Source of the DNA: Candidatus Latescibacterota bacterium
Lineage (GTDB): Bacteria > Latescibacterota > UBA2968 > GCA-2709665
Direction: 5' to 3'
DNA: 64,000 bases
Assembly (NCBI GenBank): GCA_965226795.1
Contig: CBDDDZ010000005.1
Span: forward strand, 1,120,001-1,184,000
A model generated the notes under the pieces. It worked only from the letters and a program-made list of their open reading frames with translations, was not told the origin of the DNA and searched no databases. This document shows positions 38,995 through 48,902 of the stretch, piece by piece. Numbering within the stretch: position 1 is the first letter of the stretch; each line of letters starts with the position of its first letter. Made by a program: the position numbers and the translations under genes.

Positions 38995-39974
38995 TGAAAT
39001 ACCGCAAGCTGGGACAAACCGGGCTGGAGGTATCGGAAATCGGGCTCGGCGCGTTTCCGATATCGGGGATGCAGAGGCAGGCGGACGGTACGCGGTTTGG
39101 ATGGACGGGAACGGTGGATTCGGAGTCGATCGCGCTGATTCATCGGTGCGAGGAACTCGGGATCAACCTGATCGATACCGCTGAGGGTTACGGCGAGGGG
39201 CACAGTGAAGTCCTTGTAGGAAGGGCCCTGCGAGGTCGGAGAGACAGGTGGATCGTGGCATCCAAGGTCCAGCCAAACGCGGGGATTCACTCGAGCACGC
39301 CGGATGAGTCGGCAGTGCGCAAGAGGATTACGGAGGCGTGTGAGCGAAGCCTGGATCGGTTGGGAATGGAGTATATCGACATCTATCAGTTGCACGCCAT
39401 TCCCTACGACTGGGCGATGCCGACGGTAATGGATACACTTGCGGGGCTCCGGCGAGAGGGGAAGGTGCGGTGGTACGGAATTTCGACCAACGACCGGCGG
39501 GCGGTCGATCGGCTCCGGTTACTGGGTCCTGTACATATATTGCAGGTCGGCTATAATCTGCTGGAACGCACGGCGGATGGGTTTCTGCATTGGGCGAAGG
39601 CGGAGAATATCGGCACATTGATTCGCGTGCCACTGGCAAAGGGGCAACTGACGGGTAAGTATTTCGGCGAGGAGGCACGGTCCATCCCGGAAAACGACGT
39701 GCGATACGAGCGCTTCAACAGACCGGAAACGGTCGATGGGCTCAAGCGGTTGCCGCAGTTGCTGTTCCTGCAGAACCGGAAGCGAACCATGGCGCAGGCG
39801 GCCCTACGATTTGTGCTGGATCATCCCGGTGTGTCGTGCGTAATCGCCGGGGCCAAAAACCGTCGGCAGGCAGAGGAGAACGCCCGTGCCGTAGAGATGC
39901 CACCGCTGACCGATGCGGAACTCGAACGTGCCATCCCGATTGCGGATACCATTGGTACGCCGGGGTGGATCTAG
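38991..39974 (+). CDS. Aldo/keto reductase
   Basis: YRKLGQTGLEVSEIGLG, IDTAEGYG, SLDRLGMEYIDIYQLH, GKVRWYGIS, YNLL, PLAKGQLTGK. Confidence 0.95.
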   Translation: MMKYRKLGQTGLEVSEIGLGAFPISGMQRQADGTRFGWTGTVDSESIALIHRCEELGINLIDTAEGYGEGHSEVLVGRALRGRRDRWIVASKVQPNAGIHSSTPDESAVRKRITEACERSLDRLGMEYIDIYQLHAIPYDWAMPTVMDTLAGLRREGKVRWYGISTNDRRAVDRLRLLGPVHILQVGYNLLERTADGFLHWAKAENIGTLIRVPLAKGQLTGKYFGEEARSIPENDVRYERFNRPETVDGLKRLPQLLFLQNRKRTMAQAALRFVLDHPGVSCVIAGAKNRRQAEENARAVEMPPLTDAELERAIPIADTIGTPGWI

Positions 39975-40088
39975 GCAGCCGTCCCCACATCCCCGGATGA
40001 ATTGGCCAACATGCCGGCACGGGTTAGAGCCATTTGGTTTGGGTTCGGCGCGAGGTTCGCCATTTCACGGGGATTCCGGAGGTAATCT

Positions 40089-41351
40089 ATGTCTTCTGCT
40101 ATTCGGATTGGCGTGGTCGGTTGCGGGCGAATCCTGAACGCGCATTTGCGTGGGTTCCGAATCCTGCAGGAAAACGGATTAGGGGATCTCTTCCGGATTA
40201 CGGCACTCTGCGCCAGGAAAACCGAGGATGCCCGCCGGTTTCGAACGCGGGGCCAAGGGCCGGGACCCAGACCGGCGCCGGTAGACGCGCCGGGTGACCC
40301 CTTGAATGCGCCACACGCCTATATAAGCGATTTGCATCCCGGTCAGGAAACGGCGATTTTCACGGATTATCGCGACATGCTTGAGCGTGGACCGGTCGAC
40401 GCGGTGTGCGTCCTGACGGGGCACGATACGCATCACACCATCGCCATCGATGCCATGCGTGCCGGCAGGCATGTGACGGTCGAAAAGCCGATGGCGATTT
40501 CGGTAAAGGCCGCACAGCGGATGTGTGAAGTGGCGTCCGAGACGGACACGGTATTGAGCGTCGCGGAGAATGTGAACTTCACTCCGTCGGTCCGGGCAAA
40601 CGGATGGGCCGTCAGCCAGGGATTGATCGGCGACGTGCAGATGGTCTACCGCGGAACGATCGGATTCCGGTCTCACCGGCCGGATCTTGTTGCCGCGCGT
40701 ACTCCCTGGAGGCAGTCAAGGCTGGGCGCCGGCGGAGGGGTATCCATTGATCTGGGGGTGCATCTCTTCAACGGCGTGCGGACGATTTGCGGACCGGTGC
40801 ATTCGGTGCAGGCCGTGTGGCGGATTCTCGAGCCGGTACGGATGCTGATGTCGGACGACGACCGCAGGGTCGCGGATGAGGTCGAGAACCAGGTGGACGA
40901 CGTGTTTTTTTCGAATTTCAGGCTTGTGAACGGAGCGATCGGGCATATGGCTGTGGCCCGAAGCGCCAGGGGCACGCAGATTGGGGTGCCGGGAGGTACT
41001 AACGTATTCGGCAGCGCGGGGGCGTTGTCCGATGGAAAAATCTTCACCGAGGATCGGGCCGGGGAAGACGTTTTGGAGCGTTTTCGACGGGACGCCCCCG
41101 AACAGGAACTGGCGGAAGCGATGCCCGCCGGGATCACGGATGCGTTCGCGCTGGAGAACCTGGACTGGCTTCGCGCAATCCGCGACGGGTCGCGGGTGCG
41201 GATGTCGGGGGAGGAGGGGACGATAGACCTGGCGTTGAGCTACGCGATCCTGGAATCGGGGCTGCTGGGACGGGAGGTGTCTCTGGAGGAGATGCTGCGC
41301 GGCGAGGTGGACGGATACCAGAGGGCAATCAACGCGCACTACGGGTTGTAG
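40089..41351 (+). CDS. Gfo/Idh/MocA family oxidoreductase
   Basis: IGVVGCGRI, HVTVEKPMA, VAEN, GGGVSIDLGVH. Confidence 0.92.
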   Translation: MSSAIRIGVVGCGRILNAHLRGFRILQENGLGDLFRITALCARKTEDARRFRTRGQGPGPRPAPVDAPGDPLNAPHAYISDLHPGQETAIFTDYRDMLERGPVDAVCVLTGHDTHHTIAIDAMRAGRHVTVEKPMAISVKAAQRMCEVASETDTVLSVAENVNFTPSVRANGWAVSQGLIGDVQMVYRGTIGFRSHRPDLVAARTPWRQSRLGAGGGVSIDLGVHLFNGVRTICGPVHSVQAVWRILEPVRMLMSDDDRRVADEVENQVDDVFFSNFRLVNGAIGHMAVARSARGTQIGVPGGTNVFGSAGALSDGKIFTEDRAGEDVLERFRRDAPEQELAEAMPAGITDAFALENLDWLRAIRDGSRVRMSGEEGTIDLALSYAILESGLLGREVSLEEMLRGEVDGYQRAINAHYGL

Positions 41352-41388
41352 AGAGTCGAGGTTACGGGCGAAAATCGATTGTTGTAAC

Positions 41389-41423
41389 AGCCCACCTGCC
41401 CTCGAGCGGGTGGGCTTCTTTTT
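41389..41423 (+). terminator. Intrinsic terminator
   Basis: AGCCCACC...GGTGGGCT followed by TCTTTTT. Confidence 0.75.
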
Positions 41424-41431
41424 CGGGTGGA

Positions 41432-42010
41432 TCAGCGTTTTACGATTTCCATGTTGCGGAACCAGATCTGACTATTGTGGTCCTGAAGCCCGATGTAGCC
41501 GGTTTCGGTCATTTCGCGGTATGCGCGGTTGAATTTGTTTGACGCACCGTCGGGGTTCCGGCTCGGGGTGGTCCAGCGGCTGAGATCCATGTCGGTGACT
41601 TGCTCACCGTTTAAGGTAACCCGGATGATGTAGTCCACGGCGTAAAGGATCATATGATTCCATTCGCCCGCAGGCTTGCAGGCGTTGTGCGTGGGGGCCT
41701 GTACATCATAAACCGCACCGCAGCATTTGGTGGTTGCGGGTTCGCGACCGTGCGTATCCAGGATTTGGATTTCAATACCGGTTTGCACCGGGTCGTCCAG
41801 ATCGGTCCAGCGGAAGAATACGCCGCTGTTGGCTCCGGGCGGGTGTTTGAACTCGAGCGATAGTTCGAAATTCCTGAATTGGTCGTTCGTATAATACAGG
41901 TACTCTCCGTTTTCAGCGGTGCAGAATATACAGCCTTGATCCACGGTCCAACCGGCGGGATTGCCGGTGGCTGCCCAGCCGTCGAGGGAATTACCGTCGA
42001 AGAGTTGCAT
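41432..42010 (-). CDS. DUF1080 (3-keto-disaccharide hydrolase family) protein
   Basis: LFDGNSLDGW, NSGVFFR, EIQILD, GEWN, GYIGLQDH, WFRN; GAAAGGA RBS before ATG 42010. Confidence 0.93.
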   Translation of the reverse strand: MQLFDGNSLDGWAATGNPAGWTVDQGCIFCTAENGEYLYYTNDQFRNFELSLEFKHPPGANSGVFFRWTDLDDPVQTGIEIQILDTHGREPATTKCCGAVYDVQAPTHNACKPAGEWNHMILYAVDYIIRVTLNGEQVTDMDLSRWTTPSRNPDGASNKFNRAYREMTETGYIGLQDHNSQIWFRNMEIVKR

Positions 42011-42257
42011 GTATCGTCCTTTCAGTTTTGGATTGCAAGGGTTGCCGCGAGACGGTCGACACCTTTCGCTGCTGATTGAACGCCAATGCCATTTCATTTG
42101 AAATTTGCACGTGCCCTATAGCGACATACCGGGTTGACACCGACTGGCAACCATTCCATCGCGGCGCGTGTGGGAACGCGGGAACCATCAAACAGGCAAT
42201 ATCTGTCAAATTGGATGAAAAACAAGCTGAAAGTCACACTCTTGAGGAGGAAATTCC

Positions 42258-43559
42258 ATGGTTGGTCAAATTACACGCGTGGTTTGTTTTTTGGCACTCT
42301 TCCCGCTCGGCATTCACGCTGATAACTGGCCGCAGTGGCGCGGGCCACAGCAAAACGGGGTTAGCGCGGCCCGAAATCTTCCAGCGTCGTGGAGTCTTGA
42401 AAAGAATATCATCTGGAAGACAGAATTGCCTTCGTGGAGCGGCAGCACGCCCGTTATCTGGAAAGATCGCATTTTCCTGACTTCGCCATCGCCTGCACAA
42501 AGGCCGGAGGAACGGGAACCGGGTGGGCCGGAGATATTTGTTCTGTGTCTGTCAAAACAAGACGGCAGTGAACGCTGGCGGTACAAATTGGATGAGGGCA
42601 ATGAGCTGTGGCGCAAGCACAACAATACGTCGCCCTCGCCTGTTACGGATGGCGCGCACGTGTGGGTAATTACGGGCAATGGGGTTGTGACGTGCCTGGA
42701 CATGGATGGAAAGGCGATTTGGAGGCGCGATATTCAAGGGGACTACGGCAACTTTGGTCTGAATTTCGGGTATGCGTCTTCGCCGATTCTATACGGAGGC
42801 AAGCTCATCATACAGGTGCTTCACGGAATGCGCACGGATGATCCCTCGTATATCGTCGCGTTAGACGCCGGGAACGGAAAGGAAGTCTGGCGCGAAGCCC
42901 GCGCGACGGATGCCGTGTGGGAGTCTCCCGATTCGTACACGACACCCGCGCTGTTGAAGCACGATGGCAAGACTCAGATTGTCATTACGGGCGGGGATTG
43001 TGTGACGGGCCACGATACGGAAACGGGGCGTGAAATCTGGCGTGCCTACGGGTTGAATCCCGAGCAACAGGGTAATTATCGGATTGTGGCCTCTCCCGTA
43101 GTGGTCGGCGACATGATCTATGCGCCGACCCGGAGGCGCCCCCTGCTGGCGCTGGCCGCCGGCGACACTGGCGATGTTTCTGACAATGTGGTGTGGAAGT
43201 GGGAGGGCGACGCCGCGCCGGATGTGCCAACGCCGGTCTGTGACGGGAAGTACTTCTACATGGTTGACGATCGCGGTCGGGCGACGTGTCTCGACGCAAA
43301 GACGGGTGCCGTTGTGTGGGGGCCTGTGAGGACGGCACAGGGTGTCGTGAGCGCGTCGCCCCATCTCGCTGATGGCAAGTTGTTTTTGCTGAACGAATAT
43401 GCTGTGACGACCGTCCTGGCCGCTGGGCCGGAATTCGAGGTCCTGGCTACGAACGAACTTGACGGCACGTACACGCTGTCGTCGCCAGTGTCTTCCGGAT
43501 CACACCTATTCATTCGGACGGCGACGCATTTGTATTGTATCGGGTATAATACCGATTAA
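42258..43559 (+). CDS. Exported PQQ-binding-like beta-propeller protein
   Basis: Signal peptide then DNWPQWRGP; repeated LDxxTGxxxW blades; SSP repeats; ends HLYCIG. Confidence 0.9.
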   Translation: MVGQITRVVCFLALFPLGIHADNWPQWRGPQQNGVSAARNLPASWSLEKNIIWKTELPSWSGSTPVIWKDRIFLTSPSPAQRPEEREPGGPEIFVLCLSKQDGSERWRYKLDEGNELWRKHNNTSPSPVTDGAHVWVITGNGVVTCLDMDGKAIWRRDIQGDYGNFGLNFGYASSPILYGGKLIIQVLHGMRTDDPSYIVALDAGNGKEVWREARATDAVWESPDSYTTPALLKHDGKTQIVITGGDCVTGHDTETGREIWRAYGLNPEQQGNYRIVASPVVVGDMIYAPTRRRPLLALAAGDTGDVSDNVVWKWEGDAAPDVPTPVCDGKYFYMVDDRGRATCLDAKTGAVVWGPVRTAQGVVSASPHLADGKLFLLNEYAVTTVLAAGPEFEVLATNELDGTYTLSSPVSSGSHLFIRTATHLYCIGYNTD

Positions 43560-43669
43560 AGTTTGGTCTACATCGCAAATCGGGATTGGCGTTGACAGAA
43601 CGTTACAGAATCATATATTGATGCCGTTTCGGATACGGATTTGACATCAGGTCGGATAAGGGGGAGTTT

Positions 43670-44839
43670 ATGGCCACGCGGCTGAATATCGGATTGTTGG
43701 GCTATTCGTTTATGGGCAAGGCCCACAGCAATGCGTTCCGCAAGGTATCGATGTTTTTTCCGGATACGGGCGTCGAGCCGGTGATGAAGGTGATATGTGG
43801 TTCAAACAGGGACAACGTGGAGGCGGCGGCACGGACGTTCGGATGGGAGGAGTACGATACAGACTGGGAGAACGTGGTTGAGCGGGATGATATTGACGTG
43901 ATCGATATCTGTACGCCCGGGAATCTGCATATGCCGATGGCGATTGCCGCCCTGGAAGCGGGGAAACATGTCATCTGTGAAAAGCCGCTCGCGAATAACC
44001 TCCAGGAGGCGATGGAGATGTTGCGGGCATCCGAAGAGGCCGAAGGGAAGACGATGGTCGCGTACAACTACCGGCGCGTTCCGGCGGTTGCCCTGGCCAG
44101 ACAGTTGATCGAGGAGGGGCGTATCGGGCAGATTTATCACTGGCGGGCCGTGTATCTGCAGGACTGGATCATCGACCCGGATTTCCCGATGGTGTGGCGT
44201 TTCGAGAAGGACAAGGCCGGCTCCGGGCCGCACGGGGATTTGAATGCGCACATTATCGATCTGGCGCTGCATCTCGTGGGAGATATTCATTCTGTCGTAG
44301 CCGCCGACACGACGTTTATCAAAGAGCGCCCGCTCGCGGAATCGATCGATGCATCGCTGGGCGCAACGGGCGGTAAATCCGATCGGATGGGAACGGTCAC
44401 GGTGGATGATGCAACCCTGTTTCTGGCACGATTCAATAGTGGCGCCCTTGGATCGTTCGAGGCCACCCGGTTTGCGGCGGGCCGGCGCAACCACAACCGT
44501 TTTGAAATTAACGGAAGCAAAGGCAGTCTCGCGTTCAACCTGGAAAAGATGAACGAATTGCAGTTTTATTCCCGCGAGGACGAGGGGCATATACAAGGAT
44601 TCCGGGAGATCATCGTGAATGAAGGCGTGCATCCGTACATATCGGCTTGGTGGCCTCCGGGCCATATCGTCGGGTGGGAGCATTCATTCGTGCATGAGGT
44701 CAAGGACTTTTTCGAAGCGATCGCCAACGACCGGGAGGCGTCACCGAATTTCAGGGAAGGCGCACGGGTCCAGGCCGTCCTCGAGGCGGCCGGCGATTCG
44801 GCGAAATCGGGCCGGTGGCACGAGGTCCCGGAAGTGTAA
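43670..44839 (+). CDS. Gfo/Idh/MocA oxidoreductase (levoglucosan/inositol dehydrogenase-like)
   Basis: GYSFMGKAHS, CEKPLA, YNYRRVPA, YLQDW, GDLNAHIID, EATRFAAG, WWPPGH. Confidence 0.93.
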   Translation: MATRLNIGLLGYSFMGKAHSNAFRKVSMFFPDTGVEPVMKVICGSNRDNVEAAARTFGWEEYDTDWENVVERDDIDVIDICTPGNLHMPMAIAALEAGKHVICEKPLANNLQEAMEMLRASEEAEGKTMVAYNYRRVPAVALARQLIEEGRIGQIYHWRAVYLQDWIIDPDFPMVWRFEKDKAGSGPHGDLNAHIIDLALHLVGDIHSVVAADTTFIKERPLAESIDASLGATGGKSDRMGTVTVDDATLFLARFNSGALGSFEATRFAAGRRNHNRFEINGSKGSLAFNLEKMNELQFYSREDEGHIQGFREIIVNEGVHPYISAWWPPGHIVGWEHSFVHEVKDFFEAIANDREASPNFREGARVQAVLEAAGDSAKSGRWHEVPEV

Positions 44840-44908
44840 CCCACGGCAACCGCCTGCGCGGTTCAAGCGCCAGCCGGACGCCGGGAGCATTTGGAAGGAG
44901 TTGCGGTT

Positions 44909-45907
44909 ATGGCAAGACCCTGTACGTTGTTTACCGGACAATGGGCGGATCTCTCCCTGGAGGTGATGGCGGAAAAAGCGGCGGAGTTCGGGTACGACGG
45001 GTTGGAGTTGGCCTGCTGGGGAGACCATTTGGATGTTCGCGAGGCGGCGTCCAGCGATGGCTATTGCCGGAGTCGACACGAGATTCTGGAAAAACACGGC
45101 CTGAAGTTCTGGTCGATCAGCAATCATCTCGTCGGTCAGGCGGTTTGCGACAATATAGACGAACGTCACCGTGCGATTCTACCCCCCCACGTGTGGGGGA
45201 ATGGCAATCCGGACGAGGTGAAACGCCGGGCGGCCGAGGACATGATGACATCGGCCGAGGCAGCCAGGGCCCTGGGAGTGAGCGTAGTCAACGGCTTTAC
45301 CGGGTCGTCCATCTGGCATCTGCTCTATTCGTTTCCACCGTTGACCCCGGATGCGATCGATGCGGGTTTCAATGATTTCGCGGATCGATGGAATCCGATT
45401 CTGGATGCGTTTGGAAAAAACGACGTCCGGTTTGCCCTGGAGGTGCATCCGACGGAAATCGCGTTCGATCTCGCCTCCGCCGCACGGGCGGTCGCGGCGC
45501 TGGGGGGCAGAAGCGAGTTCGGGTTCAATTACGATCCCAGCCACCTGGTTTATCAGAACGTGGATTACGTGGCGTTTATCCGTGAGTTTAAAGATCGCAT
45601 CTACCATGTCCATATGAAAGACGCGTATCTGTCGCCTTTGCCCACGCGAGCAGGGATTTTCGGCGGTCACACCGAGTTTGGCGACCCTGATCGTTCCTGG
45701 GATTTCCGGTCCCCGGGCCGTGGCAGCGTGGACTTTGAAGAGATTATTCGCGCGTTGAACGACATAGGATATGGCGGGCCCTTGTCTGTAGAGTGGGAAG
45801 ATTCCGGCATGGACCGGGAACACGGCGCGGTAGAGGCTTGTGCGTTTGTGAACAGCGTGGATTTCGAACCGTCGGGCGTGGCATTCGACGCGGCGTTTGC
45901 CGAATAG
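44909..45907 (+). CDS. Sugar phosphate isomerase/epimerase (IolE-like TIM barrel)
   Basis: [48 protein letters not shown]. Confidence 0.92.
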   Translation: MARPCTLFTGQWADLSLEVMAEKAAEFGYDGLELACWGDHLDVREAASSDGYCRSRHEILEKHGLKFWSISNHLVGQAVCDNIDERHRAILPPHVWGNGNPDEVKRRAAEDMMTSAEAARALGVSVVNGFTGSSIWHLLYSFPPLTPDAIDAGFNDFADRWNPILDAFGKNDVRFALEVHPTEIAFDLASAARAVAALGGRSEFGFNYDPSHLVYQNVDYVAFIREFKDRIYHVHMKDAYLSPLPTRAGIFGGHTEFGDPDRSWDFRSPGRGSVDFEEIIRALNDIGYGGPLSVEWEDSGMDREHGAVEACAFVNSVDFEPSGVAFDAAFAE

Positions 45908-46004
45908 AAAACGGATGTCTGCTACTGGTGTTCTGTCCCGGAGATATGTCACGATCCTTCCACCGGTTCATCCCGTTGCGATGCGTGTTTTGCGTGCGTT
46001 GCAT

Positions 46005-46138
46005 GCGTTGAGCCGGTCGAAGCGAGCCAGCCGAAACGATCCTGTACCCTGAGCCTGTCGAAGGGTAGCGAAACAAGGGCATTCCGACAAGCTTGCTTCG
46101 ACAAGCTCAGCACGGGCAATGACCATGTTTCAACAGGT
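46005..46138. repeat. REP-like palindromic intergenic repeat, copy 1
   Basis: CCCTGAGCCTGTCGAAGGG ... CTTCGACAAGCTCAG inverted units; similar to 56023-56113. Confidence 0.8.
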
Positions 46139-46264
46139 TCAGGCGCCTTGCGAGGCGGGCGACTCGTCGGCTGAACTCAGGCAAGATATTTCCGGGACGG
46201 GATACTGGCGGTCAGCAGGTGTGTGATACGGCCTGCCGGCCGCTTTTTCTTGGGGAGATCGTCT

Positions 46265-47827
46265 ATGCGGATGCGTGTTTTTTTGGTGTTTGTTCTGATG
46301 ACGGCCGTCGCCTGCGTTGCTGAACGTCCCCGGACCCTGGTGTTCGGCCGGGGCGGCGATACCGTGGGTCTGGATCCCGCACTGGAAACCGATGGAGAGT
46401 CATTCAAGGTCTGTGATAACATCTACGATACGCTTGTAACCTTTCGTCAGGGAAATACCGAGTTGGCGCCGGGTCTGGCAGAGGCCTGGACGGCGTCGGA
46501 CGACCTGAAAACATGGACATTTCGACTCAGGAAAAACGTGCGGTTCCACGATGGTACTCCGTTCAATGCCGATGCGGTGGTGTTTTCTCTGGCCCGGCAG
46601 TTTGAATCCGACCATCCGTTTCATCGTGTGGAAGGCGCGTTCCAGTATTGGAACAGTATGTCGATGAGCGATATCGTCCGGGATGTTACGAAAGTGGACG
46701 ATCATACGGTTTCCATCGCGCTGGCGCGTCCCAATGCGCCGTTTCTATCGAATCTCGCGATGAATTTCTGCGGGATCGTGAGTCCTTCCGCCGTGCGGAA
46801 ACACGGCGCGGACTATCCGCGGCACCCCGTGGGCACGGGCCCGTTCAGGTTTGTGCAATGGATCAGGGATGACCGGGTGGTACTGGAGCGAAATCCCGAC
46901 TACTGGGGCGATGCGCCGCAGATCGACCGGCTGATTTTCAGGAGCATTCCGGAGAATTCCGTGCGTCTGATTGCGTTCATCCAGGGTTCGATTGACGGGA
47001 TGGATCATCTGGTGCCGGATTTTATCCCGAATATCGAAAAGCATCCGAACCTTCGGCTCCTGACGCAGCCGGGAATGAATGTGGGGTATCTGGCAATGAA
47101 TATGGATCGGGCGCCGTTCCACCTCATCAAGGTGCGGCGGGCGGTGAACCATGCCATCCACAAACAGGCGCTGGTGGACAATCTGTATCAGGGTCTGGCG
47201 CTGCCTGCGGTCAATCCGATTCCACCGTCGATGTGGAGCTATCACGAAGGTATTGAAGGATACGCCTACGATCCCGAGCGCGCCCGTGAGCTATTGGCCG
47301 AGGCCGGTTATGCGGATGGATTCAAGACCACGCTGTGGGCCATGCCGGTGCCGCGTCCGTATATGCCCCAGCCGAGGAAAATAGCCCAGGCCATCCAGGC
47401 CGATCTGCAGGCGGTCGGTATCCAGGCCGAAATCGTGAGTTACGAGTGGGGAACCTATCTGGACAAGGTTTCGAGGGGTCAGCACGATATGGCGCTTCTG
47501 GGTTGGACCGGTGACAACGGAGACCCGGACAATTTCCTGTACGTCCTGCTGGACAAGAGCGCGACCCAGCATCCCGCCAACAATATAGCGTTCTACCGCA
47601 GCGACGAACTGCACGACGTTCTTTTGCAGGCGCAACGGGAAGTGGATATCGCCGTGAGGACGGGGCTTTACCGAAAGGCGCAGGAGATCGTGTTCCACGA
47701 TGCGCCCTGGGTGCCACTCGTGCACGCGGCGCAGACCGCTGCATTCAAGAAGACGGTTAGCGGTTTCACCCTGCATCCCACAGGTAGCAAGTGGTTCCGG
47801 AACGTCCGGATTGTGGAAGCGGATTGA
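46265..47827 (+). CDS. dppA: Peptide ABC transporter substrate-binding lipoprotein
   Basis: Lipobox AVAC; PGLAEAW, FHDGTPFNADAV, GTGPF, RPYMP, GWTGDNGDPDNF. Confidence 0.92.
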   Translation: MRMRVFLVFVLMTAVACVAERPRTLVFGRGGDTVGLDPALETDGESFKVCDNIYDTLVTFRQGNTELAPGLAEAWTASDDLKTWTFRLRKNVRFHDGTPFNADAVVFSLARQFESDHPFHRVEGAFQYWNSMSMSDIVRDVTKVDDHTVSIALARPNAPFLSNLAMNFCGIVSPSAVRKHGADYPRHPVGTGPFRFVQWIRDDRVVLERNPDYWGDAPQIDRLIFRSIPENSVRLIAFIQGSIDGMDHLVPDFIPNIEKHPNLRLLTQPGMNVGYLAMNMDRAPFHLIKVRRAVNHAIHKQALVDNLYQGLALPAVNPIPPSMWSYHEGIEGYAYDPERARELLAEAGYADGFKTTLWAMPVPRPYMPQPRKIAQAIQADLQAVGIQAEIVSYEWGTYLDKVSRGQHDMALLGWTGDNGDPDNFLYVLLDKSATQHPANNIAFYRSDELHDVLLQAQREVDIAVRTGLYRKAQEIVFHDAPWVPLVHAAQTAAFKKTVSGFTLHPTGSKWFRNVRIVEAD

Positions 47828-47888
47828 AGACGCTGCCGGAACCTGCGGGGATTGGCACCTTCCCGGTAATTTCGAGGTGACACCCGAT

Positions 47889-48902
47889 ATGGGCGTCTAT
47901 ATCCTGAAACGTTTGCTTCTGCTTGTCCCGATGCTGCTGGGAATCGTGGTTCTGGTGTTCCTGATGATTCATTTCGTTCCGGGTGATCCGGCGCAGGTGA
48001 TGCTGGGTGAACGCGCCAGCGCGGAACAGGTGGCGGAACTGCGAAAGCAATTGGGGTTGGATCAGGAACTGCATGTCCAGCTAGGCCTGTACCTGTGGGG
48101 ATTGATGCAAGGCGACCTGGGGCGGTCCTTAAAGTCCCACGCGAAAGTTTCCTCCGAGTTGCTGGCCAGGTTCCCCGCGACGATTGAACTCACATTGATG
48201 AGCATGTTACTTGCCTGCGGGATTGGGATACTTGCCGGCGTGGTTTCGGCCTCCCGCAAGGGTTCCGTGATGGATTATCTCGGCATGACGGCTTCCCTGG
48301 CCGGGCTCTCGATGCCTATTTTCTGGCTGGGCTTAATGGTTATTCTGCTGATGTCGATGTTTCTGGGGTTATTTCCCGTATCCGGTCGGCTCAGCACCCA
48401 CCTGTTCATTCCGGAGGTGACGGGTCTCTATCTGATTGACAGCCTGCTTGCGTGGGATTGGCCGGCCTTCGGCGACGCCGCCTGGCATCTCGTGCTGCCC
48501 GGTCTTACCCTGGGTACCGTGCCGATGGCGGTGATTGCGCGCATGACTCGGTCCAGCGTTCTGGATGTACTCAAGGAGGACTATGTGCGTACGGCCTGGG
48601 CGAAGGGGCTGTCGGAGCGAGTTGTGGTCTTCCGGCACGCCTTGAAAAATGCGTTTATTCCCGTGTTGACGGTAATCAGCCTGCAGTTCGGGTTTCTGTT
48701 GGGCGGAGCAGTAATTACGGAAACGATCTTTGCCTGGCCGGGCGTGGGGCGGTGGCTTCTGCTTGCGGTTTACTCAAGGGACTTCCGGGCAGTTCAGGGA
48801 GGGGTGCTGCTGGTTGCCCTGACGTTTGCGCTTATCAATCTCATTGTCGACGTGATGTACGCGTGGCTGGATCCGCGCATCAGACACCAGAACGAAACGT
48901 GA
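47889..48902 (+). CDS. dppB: Peptide ABC transporter permease
   Basis: PGDPA, FPATIEL, MPIFWLG, EAA loop DYVRTAWAKGL, ETIFAWPGVG, DPRIR. Confidence 0.93.
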   Translation: MGVYILKRLLLLVPMLLGIVVLVFLMIHFVPGDPAQVMLGERASAEQVAELRKQLGLDQELHVQLGLYLWGLMQGDLGRSLKSHAKVSSELLARFPATIELTLMSMLLACGIGILAGVVSASRKGSVMDYLGMTASLAGLSMPIFWLGLMVILLMSMFLGLFPVSGRLSTHLFIPEVTGLYLIDSLLAWDWPAFGDAAWHLVLPGLTLGTVPMAVIARMTRSSVLDVLKEDYVRTAWAKGLSERVVVFRHALKNAFIPVLTVISLQFGFLLGGAVITETIFAWPGVGRWLLLAVYSRDFRAVQGGVLLVALTFALINLIVDVMYAWLDPRIRHQNET

